This document shows, piece by piece, positions 28,284 to 36,164 of a stretch of 64,000 bases of DNA; the first letter of the stretch is position 1; every line of letters starts with the position of its first letter. Made by a program: the position numbers and the translations under genes. The notes under the pieces were generated by a model that saw nothing but the letters and a program-made list of their open reading frames with translations, had not been told where the DNA came from and did not search any database. The stretch covers positions 2,382,204-2,446,203 of the forward strand of contig OZ250159.1 of assembly GCA_965237785.1 (NCBI GenBank), read 5' to 3'. The DNA comes from Candidatus Rariloculaceae bacterium. GTDB lineage: Bacteria; Pseudomonadota; Gammaproteobacteria; Steroidobacterales; Rariloculaceae.

Positions 28284-28661
28284 ATGCAAGCTAACCCCTA
28301 CATCGTGGTATTCGACGGCATCTGCAACCTGTGCAGTTCACTCGTCGATTTCATCACCGCACGGGACCCCGGCAAGGTGTTCACGTTCGTTCCCATGCAG
28401 TCGCCGCGGGGACAGGAACTTCTGGAAGAGCACGGCCTGTCGATCGATCGCGTCGATACGTTCCTGCTCATCGGAAACGGCGGCGCGCTCGTCAGGAGCG
28501 ATGCTGCCATCGCCATCGCGGCGGAACTCAGGCGCCCGTGGAATATCCTCGCTGTACTGCGCCATATACCGAGACCGATTCGCGATTGGGTCTATTCCCT
28601 GGTAGCGACAAACCGCTACAAGTGGTTCGGGAAACGCACCACCTGCAAGTTTACGAATTGA
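28284..28661 (+). CDS. Thiol-disulfide oxidoreductase DCC family protein (DUF393)
   Basis: N-terminal VVFDGICNLCS (DxxCxxC) signature. 125 aa. Confidence 0.8.
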   Translation: MQANPYIVVFDGICNLCSSLVDFITARDPGKVFTFVPMQSPRGQELLEEHGLSIDRVDTFLLIGNGGALVRSDAAIAIAAELRRPWNILAVLRHIPRPIRDWVYSLVATNRYKWFGKRTTCKFTN

Positions 28662-28663
28662 CA

Positions 28664-28732
28664 CTTTCACCGGTTCTCTAATACAAATTTCACCTGATCC
28701 CTAATACAACTTTCACCCGATCTCTACTGACG
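28664..28732. repeat. Three tandem imperfect 23-bp repeats (with a degenerate 4th unit after)
   Basis: Units are CTTTCACCGGTTCTCTAATACAA, ATTTCACCTGATCCCTAATACAA and CTTTCACCCGATCTCTACTGACG, followed by ATTTCCCCGG... They lie between the DCC stop (28661) and the sulfatase start (28845). Confidence 0.8.
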
Positions 28733-28844
28733 ATTTCCCCGGCGAGCGCCGGTACGTATTGCCGGTAAGCTGTTTGTGGGGCGGATAAACTGATGCGCAG
28801 TATCATCAACCCCTGACGGAAGAAGACTGGACGAAAAAAGATCA

Positions 28845-30371
28845 ATGGAGCATTGCCCAATGAATAGATGCAAAATCCTCCTGGCTCACATCGCATTCCT
28901 GCTCGGCGCCCACCCGGCGGCCGCGCAAAACATCGTGCTGATTCTGTCGGATGACCAGGGTTGGACCGGCACCTCCGTCCGCATGGACGACCGCGTGGCC
29001 GATTCGGTGAGCGACCTGTACCAGACCCCGAGCCTCGAGCGCCTGGCCGCCGAGGGGATGAAGTTCTCCAACGCCTATTCGCCGGCGCCGAACTGTTCGC
29101 CCACGCGGATGAGCATCCAGACCGGGAAAACGGCGGCGCGGCTGGGGGCCACCGACATCATCGACGTGGTGGCCGACGAGAACGGGCGCGCCAACATACA
29201 GGTATTCCACGACACCATGTATCACAACAAACCGATGATCGTGCCCTTCCCCGTCAGCGATATCGCGGACGAGGAGACGACCATCGCGGAGCTGCTCAAG
29301 CAGCACGACCCCGCCTACGCAACCGGCCACTTCGGCAAGTGGCACATGGGCGGCGGCTCACCGGAGCGCCACGGCTACGATGCGCATAACGGCCTGACAA
29401 CGAACAATGAGGGTTTTGCGAACCAACCCGACCCGAAACGCAGCGACGAGGTGACGGACGGGGCGATTGCCTTCATCGACGAGCAGGTGCAATCCGGCCG
29501 GACCTTTTTCGTGCAGGTTTCGTATTACGCGGTACACACACCGGTTCGGGCGCGGCCGGAAACCGTGTCGAAGTTTGCCGAGTACCAGATGCAGAGAAAT
29601 CTCGGCATGTTTGGGGACCAAACGCATACCAATTCCGCGTACGCAGCGATGACCGAGGAGATGGACCAGGGCGTGGGACGCATCCTCGACACGCTGGACC
29701 GTCTCGGCGTCGACGATGACACCTACGTAATTTTCACCTCGGACAACGGGGGAGAATCCGATAATCCGGTGACGAGCAACGTTCCGCTGGCGTGGGGCAA
29801 GACCCACGTCTGGGAAGGCGGTATCCGGGTTCCGTTGTTCGTGCGCGGCCCCGGCATCGAGGCCGGTACCCAGAGCGACGTTCCCGTCGTCGGCTACGAC
29901 TTTCTGCCGACGATTGCCGAGTGGGTGGGGGCCGCCGACCGGTTGCCCGGCGACCTGGACGGGGGCAGCCTGGTTCCGGTTCTGGAGAACGGCGGCGATG
30001 GGTCGGTAAACCGGCCGACGGAACCGCTGATCTGGTACTACGGCGCTTACCGCAACCAGAAACACGTCACGCCCCAGGCGGCCATCCGGCGCGGCAGCCA
30101 CAAGCTGATCTGGGAACTCGAGCCGGACCGGACGTACCTGTACGATCTCGATGCGGATCTACGGGAATCGACCGACCTGTCGCGATTCCGCCCGGAGATC
30201 GCCGAGTCGATGTTCACGGAGCTCAAGGCCTACCTGGACGACGTTGGTACGAAGCTTCCAACGCCGAATCCCGACTATGACCCGGCGCTGGACGGTGGGC
30301 TGATGCCGTTGGTGTTCGAAGACCGGGTAGAAGAACCTTCCGGCCCGTCCTCGTGCACCAGGCCTAGATAG
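28845..30371 (+). CDS. Sulfatase (Cys-type, formylglycine-dependent)
   Basis: LILSDDQGW and the CSPTRMSIQTGK (C-x-P-x-R) active-site signature, with a signal peptide. The last roughly 25-30 codons read through the antisense of a gene fragment, so the tail is probably non-native. Confidence 0.85.
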   Translation: MEHCPMNRCKILLAHIAFLLGAHPAAAQNIVLILSDDQGWTGTSVRMDDRVADSVSDLYQTPSLERLAAEGMKFSNAYSPAPNCSPTRMSIQTGKTAARLGATDIIDVVADENGRANIQVFHDTMYHNKPMIVPFPVSDIADEETTIAELLKQHDPAYATGHFGKWHMGGGSPERHGYDAHNGLTTNNEGFANQPDPKRSDEVTDGAIAFIDEQVQSGRTFFVQVSYYAVHTPVRARPETVSKFAEYQMQRNLGMFGDQTHTNSAYAAMTEEMDQGVGRILDTLDRLGVDDDTYVIFTSDNGGESDNPVTSNVPLAWGKTHVWEGGIRVPLFVRGPGIEAGTQSDVPVVGYDFLPTIAEWVGAADRLPGDLDGGSLVPVLENGGDGSVNRPTEPLIWYYGAYRNQKHVTPQAAIRRGSHKLIWELEPDRTYLYDLDADLRESTDLSRFRPEIAESMFTELKAYLDDVGTKLPTPNPDYDPALDGGLMPLVFEDRVEEPSGPSSCTRPR

Positions 30372-30661
30372 ATGTCGGTTCCCGGATCGAGTCGCAAGTC
30401 GCGGAACGGTTTGAAGTAGGCGTCGTCGCCCCTGGCGATGGGCACCGGCACGTGCACGTAGGCCAGCGGGTGTTCGGCAGCCTGCACGATGGCATTCGCC
30501 AGGCTGACCTGGAAGCGAACATCCTGCGGGACATCGCCGCGGTCTCGCGCCGCGCAGAAATCCTGGTAGGAGATGCGCGCTTCGCGGCAATAGCCGAGTT
30601 CACCGAAACGGATTTCTGCAGGGTTGACGCCCGGTGCGAGTTCCAGCGGAACCAGGTTCAT
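30275..30661 (-). pseudogene. Truncated fragment of an unidentified enzyme gene (MetE-C/URO-D-like TIM-barrel family suspected)
   Basis: 128-aa ORF. Residues ...FGELGY...RFQVSLANA...YVHVPVPIARGDDAYF...IYLGLVHEDGPEG look like an internal segment. Its 3' end overlaps the sulfatase 3' end by 97 nt. The family assignment comes from memory only. Confidence 0.3.
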
Positions 30662-30847
30662 GCTATCGCCGATGGGCCTCAGCTAGGGGCTCGGCCGCAT
30701 GTCCGTGCTCCCTATCGTCATCTCGGGGTTGAGTGGCGGATAGTATCGTAGGGGCGCTCACGGCTGCCAGCGGTCAGAATCGCCATCGCCAATGCCACTA
30801 CAATTGCCGAACAGGTCATCCAGAGGCACAGCGATTGAAACTTTCCA

Positions 30848-30868
30848 AAAGTAGATTTCATCTACTTT
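30848..30868. promoter_or_regulatory. Perfect inverted repeat, candidate operator of the DUF433/DUF5615 operon
   Basis: AAAGTAGAT-TTC-ATCTACTTT (9-bp arms, 3-nt spacer). It sits 52 bp upstream of ATG 30921. RBS AAGGAG is at 30908-30913. Confidence 0.5.
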
Positions 30869-30920
30869 ATCTAGTATCCTGCGGTTGTCTTCGAAACTTG
30901 CTTTGTAAAGGAGCTCCGGA

Positions 30921-31547
30921 ATGGCTCACGATTTGATCGACCAGCGGGATCAGGCAGTCATGAATATCTCGCGCTACCAAACCGAGCTTAAAGAGAACCC
31001 TCGGCTCGCGGCGCTGATGAAGCAGGTGCACGCATGGTATGCGGTCAGATCCGATGATTCGGCCTGGCTCTTTGCGCCGTCCAAATTCGTCGGGTATGCA
31101 GGCAACACCGCCGAAACCTACCTGTCAGAAGCCGGTGTCAGAGACGGTGGTCTGACCGAGGCTGTTCTCAAGAGTTGGTTCGACGTTGTGCCACCCTCCT
31201 CCCGTCGTCGCACCGAACTCGACAACGCGTTGCGGAAATTCCTGAACACATATGGGCATTCCGGTCCCCGAAAGGGTGCACGGATTTGCGTCCTCAAGGA
31301 GGTCCTGACCGAGGGTGTTAGCCCGGACGTTCTGGATCGCGTCCATATCGACCTTGCGATCTGTGGCGGACGCCCACATATGCGGGGCACTCGAGTCCGC
31401 GTGTCCGACATTCTGGACCTGCTGGCTAATGGAGTGACGTCGTCGGATATTCTCGCCGACTACCCCTATCTTAGCGAATCGGACCTGCGGGCGGCCCTGG
31501 CCTTTGGCGCGGCGGCAAGCGAGCACCGCGTCATCCTCGCCGCCTGA
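30921..31547 (+). CDS. DUF433 domain protein (antitoxin-like) with ~135-aa N-terminal extension
   Basis: The C-terminus ICGGRPHMRGTRVRVSDILDLLANGVTSSDILADYPYLSESDLRAALAFG matches the DUF433 pattern. I do not recognise the N-terminal domain. Confidence 0.7.
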   Translation: MAHDLIDQRDQAVMNISRYQTELKENPRLAALMKQVHAWYAVRSDDSAWLFAPSKFVGYAGNTAETYLSEAGVRDGGLTEAVLKSWFDVVPPSSRRRTELDNALRKFLNTYGHSGPRKGARICVLKEVLTEGVSPDVLDRVHIDLAICGGRPHMRGTRVRVSDILDLLANGVTSSDILADYPYLSESDLRAALAFGAAASEHRVILAA

Positions 31548-31549
31548 CC

Positions 31550-31876
31550 TTGCGTTTCCTCATCGACGCGCAATTGCCGCCGGGCCTGGCGAAGTGGCTT
31601 GCCGCGAACGGCTATCCGTCCGACCATGTCAACGATCTTGGTCTCGGTGCAGCCTCAGACAATGAGATTGAAGCCAAGGCGCGCGAGATGCAGGCAGTTA
31701 TCTGGTCGAAGGACAATGACTTTGCCGACCGGGCGCGGCGGCGCCGGGGACTGCAGGTGGTCTGGCTGCGGTTCGGCAACACCACCAATGCCTCGCTTCA
31801 GACCAAACTGGCACCGCATATGCCAGCCATTGAAGCCGCCCTGATGGATGGGGAGTCCTTGATCGAAATCAGGTGA
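31550..31876 (+). CDS. DUF5615 family PIN-like (Mut7-C-like) protein, toxin-like partner of DUF433
   Basis: MRFLIDAQLPPGLAKWLAANGY...SDNEI...WSKDNDFADR fits DUF5615. The TTG start lies 2 nt after the DUF433 stop. Confidence 0.7.
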   Translation: MRFLIDAQLPPGLAKWLAANGYPSDHVNDLGLGAASDNEIEAKAREMQAVIWSKDNDFADRARRRRGLQVVWLRFGNTTNASLQTKLAPHMPAIEAALMDGESLIEIR

Positions 31877-32037
31877 CGGGCATTAGCGCTTTTCCACCAG
31901 GAAGTCGCCACGGCCGTGTACTCATTGAGTTACCGACGTCTTGCTCCCAACTTCGCTGCATGCGCGATGACCCCTTGATCTGAAAAAATTCGGTTCCGGT
32001 ATGCTTCCCTGTTGAAATCTCCCAAGCGCGTAGTTTT

Positions 32038-32508
32038 TTGACTGCTTCTGTGTCCCGAGTGTTGATCGTCGGCGGCGGCAACAGCCGCTTCACCGCCGGG
32101 GCGTTCCGCTGTGCGTATTCAGGGGTCGAGGACCTGGTGGAGTGCCTGGTACGCCAGTCCGCGCCGACCATGAACTGGATGCGGGACAAGGGCGTGCGGT
32201 TCATGCCGATTTATGGCCGACAGGCCTTCAAGGTCAACGGCAAGTTCACGTTCTGGGGCGGGCTGACGGTGGAAGCCGTCGGGGGGGCGGCCCCGGGCTC
32301 GTGGACAGCCTGACCGAGTCCTGCCTGAACCGCGGCATCGAGATCCAGTACGACGCGCGAGCCGTGGCACTGGCGTCCGACGGCAAGAACGTCACCGGCG
32401 TGGCGGTGCGCCGGTGCGGGGCTAATGGCGGGTGCGGTGTTCGGGAAGATCGCGGGTACTTCCGCGGCGCTGGTAGCTGCCGATCGGGCCGGTGCAGGTA
32501 GCTGTTGA
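32038..32508 (+). pseudogene. Degraded FAD-dependent oxidoreductase gene (tricarballylate dehydrogenase TcuA / fumarate-reductase flavoprotein-like)
   Basis: The pieces lie in different frames. They are VLIVGGGN|SRFTAGAFR...MNWMRDKGVRFMP...FWGG (32038-), GGPGLVDSLTESCLNRGIEIQYDARAVALASDGKNVTGVAV (32142-frame), and the C-terminal MAGAVFGKIAGTSAA... ending TGA 32506-32508. Large internal parts are missing. Confidence 0.6.
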
Positions 32509-32568
32509 CCGGACCGAGACGATGCGAATACTGCCACGCCAAGGGCTACGGAGGACAGTAGCCGCCGG

Positions 32569-32772
32569 CTACGCTCCGCCCGGGGGATCGACGGTGCGCA
32601 GGTATTCGATGCTGCTCTTGATCTCGCCGAAATCCCGGGCCGCTTCCACCCGATGTTCCGTGAGCGCATCCTCCAGCCGGTCTATGCGATTTCCGTGCAC
32701 CCGCTGAGCGTTCAGAATCAGCCCGGCGAGGATGACGCCGATGCCGATCAACCATCGCACCTCTTCTTTCAT
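32569..32772 (-). CDS. Small hypothetical membrane protein
   Basis: 67 aa from ATG 32772 (MKEEVRWLIGIGVILAGLILNA...). One TM followed by a helical tail. No motif. Confidence 0.35.
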   Translation of the reverse strand: MKEEVRWLIGIGVILAGLILNAQRVHGNRIDRLEDALTEHRVEAARDFGEIKSSIEYLRTVDPPGGA

Positions 32773-32896
32773 GCCCCCAATGTAACATACCGTTTCTCGG
32801 CCCGGCATCGCGCAAAACTGGCCCCAGAATCGAGAATGACGAGCTTGCATGGAACAACACTCTGTTCCTGCGCGTCAGCCTGACGGGATCAAAACC

Positions 32897-33304
32897 ATGA
32901 AATTGCAAATCGCAAGCGACATACATCGGGAATTCGGCCATTCGCCGGAACTGCCGGACGTGGGAGCCGACGTGCTCGTGCTGGCCGGCGACATCGGCAC
33001 GGCAGACGATGAGGCCGTGGTGTTTCTGACGGAGACGGTCAAGCCCGGCGATATCGTCATTACGCACTGGCCGCCGACCCTTAAGGCTCGGCACATGGGC
33101 ATTCCGATGGATGACATCGCCAGGTATTTCAACGCCGACATTCCGGAAGTCGTGGAGTCCACCCGGCCCGAACTGTGGATCTGCGGTCACACGCACTACA
33201 ACGTGGACTTCATGTTCGGAGAGACCCGGATTCTGTCGAATCAGGGCGGCTATCCGCACGAGACACTCACCGGATACGATCCGGGGCTGATCGTCGAGGT
33301 TTAG
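32897..33304 (+). CDS. Metallophosphoesterase-like protein, apparently internally shortened
   Basis: MKLQIASDIH (DxH), LVLAGDIG (GD), ITHWPP and ICGHTHY (GHxH) are present. The GNH(E/D) motif region is missing and the spacing is too short, so the protein is possibly inactive. Confidence 0.5.
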   Translation: MKLQIASDIHREFGHSPELPDVGADVLVLAGDIGTADDEAVVFLTETVKPGDIVITHWPPTLKARHMGIPMDDIARYFNADIPEVVESTRPELWICGHTHYNVDFMFGETRILSNQGGYPHETLTGYDPGLIVEV

Positions 33305-33346
33305 CGCCGCAATGAGTTTGCGCCTTGCCTGGCGCTTCGCTCACGC

Positions 33347-34558
33347 TCAATCCACCGGATACAGTCGCGGAAACCAGCGTTCGACGACATCGAGCGGAAA
33401 TCCAAGGCGAACCGGTGCTCGAGGTCCTTTCGACACCAGCAGTCCTTTGTTCAGAAGCGTTGAGAGAATCTCGCGCGCCCGGCGCTCCTGGTAGCCCGTT
33501 ATTTCAGGCGCTCGACCTCGCGCGACCTCGCCAATCAGCAGCGCCTCACGAAGCAAAGCCATGGAACGGGGCGGGAGTCGTCGGGCTGCTTGTTCATCGT
33601 CGGCATACAATTTCATGCGACGCAATAGCTCACCGGGTTGTAGTAGCGATCCCATGAAATCGACCTGATCGGTACATACACGCAGGAAGAACGCACAAAA
33701 TTCGTCGAGTTGCGCAGCCGACAGCGCGCCCCTTCCGTCCAAGTCTCCCTGCCTGGGAGCGTCCGCGTTAGCAAGCCTGGCCTTGTATTCGGTCGAGTTG
33801 CGCGCAAGCCCCCGGGCGACCGACCAGATACTGCTGTCTATTCCACGACGCAGAAGCAAGGCATGGGCCATGAGCCGCGCTACACGTCCATTACCGTCGT
33901 AGAACGGGTGTATCCACAAGAAGCGATGGTGCGCAGCCGCAACGGCAATGATGGCCTGCGGCGCGGACAGCCGTTCATTTTCGTACGCGGCCTGGAATCG
34001 ATCGAGAAAGACCGGCAGATCGGCAGCCGGCGGCGGCACGTGGGACCCTACCCGCACTTCGCCGTCACGAAGTTCGCCCGGCGCAACCCGCACGCGTGCA
34101 CCGGTTTCCGGGTTCTCGACCCGCAGCAGTTCGTCCGGCAACCGGCGACAAAATTCCTCGTGGACCCACCTGATGTATGTCGCCGAATAGGGAGACTCCT
34201 CGGGGTCGTCCCCGTAATCGATCAATCGCTGTACCTCGATATGCGCGCGAGCTTCAAGTTGCAGAATGCGTCTTTTCGGATCCGGGGAATAGTCGTCTGC
34301 CAAAGCCGCATCGATGTCGCGCGGCTGAGTATCGTGGCCCTCAATGAGATTCGAGTAGTAGCAATTCATCGAGCGCACGAGATCGCCGATGCTCTCGCGA
34401 ACCGTCCATTGAATCTGGCCCGACAGGTGGCTGGCCCTTGCGATCAGGTCGACGGCGAGATCTGTCAAGTCGGTGTTTCCGTCACGGGGAAACATCGGTT
34501 GCATGGCGGATGGGGTCATAACGCCGGTAATAATGCCGGTTTTTATACCGGATAACAA
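33347..34558 (-). CDS. Fic family protein (class II, N-terminal inhibitory helix), C-terminal wHTH-like tail
   Basis: Fic motif HPFYDGNGRVAR. An upstream SNLIEG fits the [ST]xxxE[GN] auto-inhibition motif. Confidence 0.85.
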   Translation of the reverse strand: MLSGIKTGIITGVMTPSAMQPMFPRDGNTDLTDLAVDLIARASHLSGQIQWTVRESIGDLVRSMNCYYSNLIEGHDTQPRDIDAALADDYSPDPKRRILQLEARAHIEVQRLIDYGDDPEESPYSATYIRWVHEEFCRRLPDELLRVENPETGARVRVAPGELRDGEVRVGSHVPPPAADLPVFLDRFQAAYENERLSAPQAIIAVAAAHHRFLWIHPFYDGNGRVARLMAHALLLRRGIDSSIWSVARGLARNSTEYKARLANADAPRQGDLDGRGALSAAQLDEFCAFFLRVCTDQVDFMGSLLQPGELLRRMKLYADDEQAARRLPPRSMALLREALLIGEVARGRAPEITGYQERRAREILSTLLNKGLLVSKGPRAPVRLGFPLDVVERWFPRLYPVD

Positions 34559-34807
34559 TCCATATAAATCAGATAATTAAAAAACAAATGGGCAGTCATC
34601 ACTGCTATAAATTGCCGATATTATTACCGGTTAAGGCTTCGGCTGTTCGCATTCGATGATTTTGCCTCGAGGCGCAGATGGAGCGATGCGGAGCGATTGA
34701 GACGAGTGCAAATGGGTGTCAAGCATGTCAGCATCCCATCCTTGGACGTGGAGCGACTGGCCGTGCATCATTGCTACGGCAAACGGGTAGCCAACAGGGA
34801 ATACCAA

Positions 34808-34867
34808 ATGACGGGCGCCGTTTTCGGAAAGATCGCAGGTACGTTCGCAGCGAGAGGAAGCGCTTGA
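34808..34867 (+). pseudogene. 3'-terminal remnant of a tcuA-like gene abutting tctC
   Basis: Encodes MTGAVFGKIAGTFAARGSA*, about 78% nt identity to 32425-32469 (MAGAVFGKIAGTSAA). Its TGA (34865-67) overlaps the tctC TTG start (34864-66). Confidence 0.5.
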
Positions 34868-35961
34868 GCACAATCGACCGAAGAAAGTTCTTAGGCTCGA
34901 CCGCGCTCGCAATGAGCGGGCTGGGTCTCCTCCCCGCCCGCAGCCAAACCCCCAACTTCTCCGGCCGCATCATCGAACTCATCATCCCCTTCAAGGAGGG
35001 CGGCGGATCCGACACCTGGGGACGCTTCAATGCCCCGTTCCTTTCACGCTACCTCCCGGGCCAGCCCACCGTGGTGGTGCGCAACGTCCCGGGCGGCAAC
35101 TCCATCGCCGGCGCCAACCGCTTCGCCGCGCGCGCCCGGCCGGACGGGCTCTCGGTGCTGGGCACGTCCGCGTCCACCCAGTTTCCCTATCTCATGGACG
35201 ATCCCCGGGTCCGATACGAGTATCGGGACTGGCGCGTCCTGATGGCCTACGGCACGGGCGGGGTCGTCTACGTTTCCGCCGATCTCGGCATCGCCGACGC
35301 AATGGGCCTCGGCCGGATCGCCGACCGGGAACTTCTCTACGGCAGCCAGGGGCCCACGTCGCTGGACCTGGTCCCGGTACTGGGGTTCGGGCTCCTCGGG
35401 CTGAACGTCCGGCCCATCTTCGGGATGAGCGGGCGCGGCGCCGGGCGGCTCTCATTCGAACGGGGCGAGGTCAATATCGACTACCAGACCTCCACCGCCT
35501 ACCTGCGCAACGTGGTGCCGCTCATCGAGCAGGGCGACGCCGTGCCGCTGTTCTCGTGGGGCGCACTCGACGGCGGCGGGAACCTGATCCGCGACCCCAC
35601 GTTCCCGGATCTGCCCCACTACGGGGAAGCCTACGAACTGCTGCATGGCGAACCGCCGAGCGGCCCCGGCTGGGAGAGCTGGTTCGCCTTCTTCACTGCG
35701 GGATTCCCGGCGCAGAAGCTGCTCGTTGCGCCCGCGGACACCCCGGACGAGATCGTTCTCGCCTACGAGGACGCGGTGCACGCCATGCGCGAGGACCCCG
35801 AATACATCGCCAGAAAGCCCGCGGCGCTCGGCACCTACGAGCAAGTGACCGGGCCCGCGGCGCAGAGAATCTACGAACTGGCCACGGACGTACCGCAAAG
35901 CGCGCGCACCTGGGTCAGGACGTGGCTCAAGGATGAATTCCGCGTAAACCTCGAGGCCTGA
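34864..35961 (+). CDS. tctC: Tripartite tricarboxylate transporter substrate-binding protein (TctC/Bug family), Tat-type signal
   Basis: TTG 34864 behind GAGAGGAAG gives MSTIDRRKFLGSTALAMSGLGLL (twin-Arg). Bug motif NVPGGNSIAGANRFAARARPDGLSVLG. The track ORF starts further upstream (34678). Confidence 0.8.
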   Translation: MSTIDRRKFLGSTALAMSGLGLLPARSQTPNFSGRIIELIIPFKEGGGSDTWGRFNAPFLSRYLPGQPTVVVRNVPGGNSIAGANRFAARARPDGLSVLGTSASTQFPYLMDDPRVRYEYRDWRVLMAYGTGGVVYVSADLGIADAMGLGRIADRELLYGSQGPTSLDLVPVLGFGLLGLNVRPIFGMSGRGAGRLSFERGEVNIDYQTSTAYLRNVVPLIEQGDAVPLFSWGALDGGGNLIRDPTFPDLPHYGEAYELLHGEPPSGPGWESWFAFFTAGFPAQKLLVAPADTPDEIVLAYEDAVHAMREDPEYIARKPAALGTYEQVTGPAAQRIYELATDVPQSARTWVRTWLKDEFRVNLEA

Positions 35962-36164
35962 TCGTTGTCCGAGTCGCTCGGCGCGCGGATCGGGTAACGG
36001 GGCCTCGAATCGTGAGACCGGTGCCTACTGCATTGGGGCCGAGAAAAGATAACCAATCCGGCAAATCGCGCGTTTACTTTACTTTTTTGGAAGAAAAATA
36101 TAACTGAACCGTCGGTATGGGCGTATAGTTACCTTTTCAATCGCGGTCCTGGAAGGGAGTCATC

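Noticed and set aside
31869-32204. 111-aa minus ORF after the DUF5615 gene
   Set aside because: It overlaps the plus-strand tcuA-like pseudogene pieces, which show recognisable flavoprotein sequence. The ORF itself has no motif.
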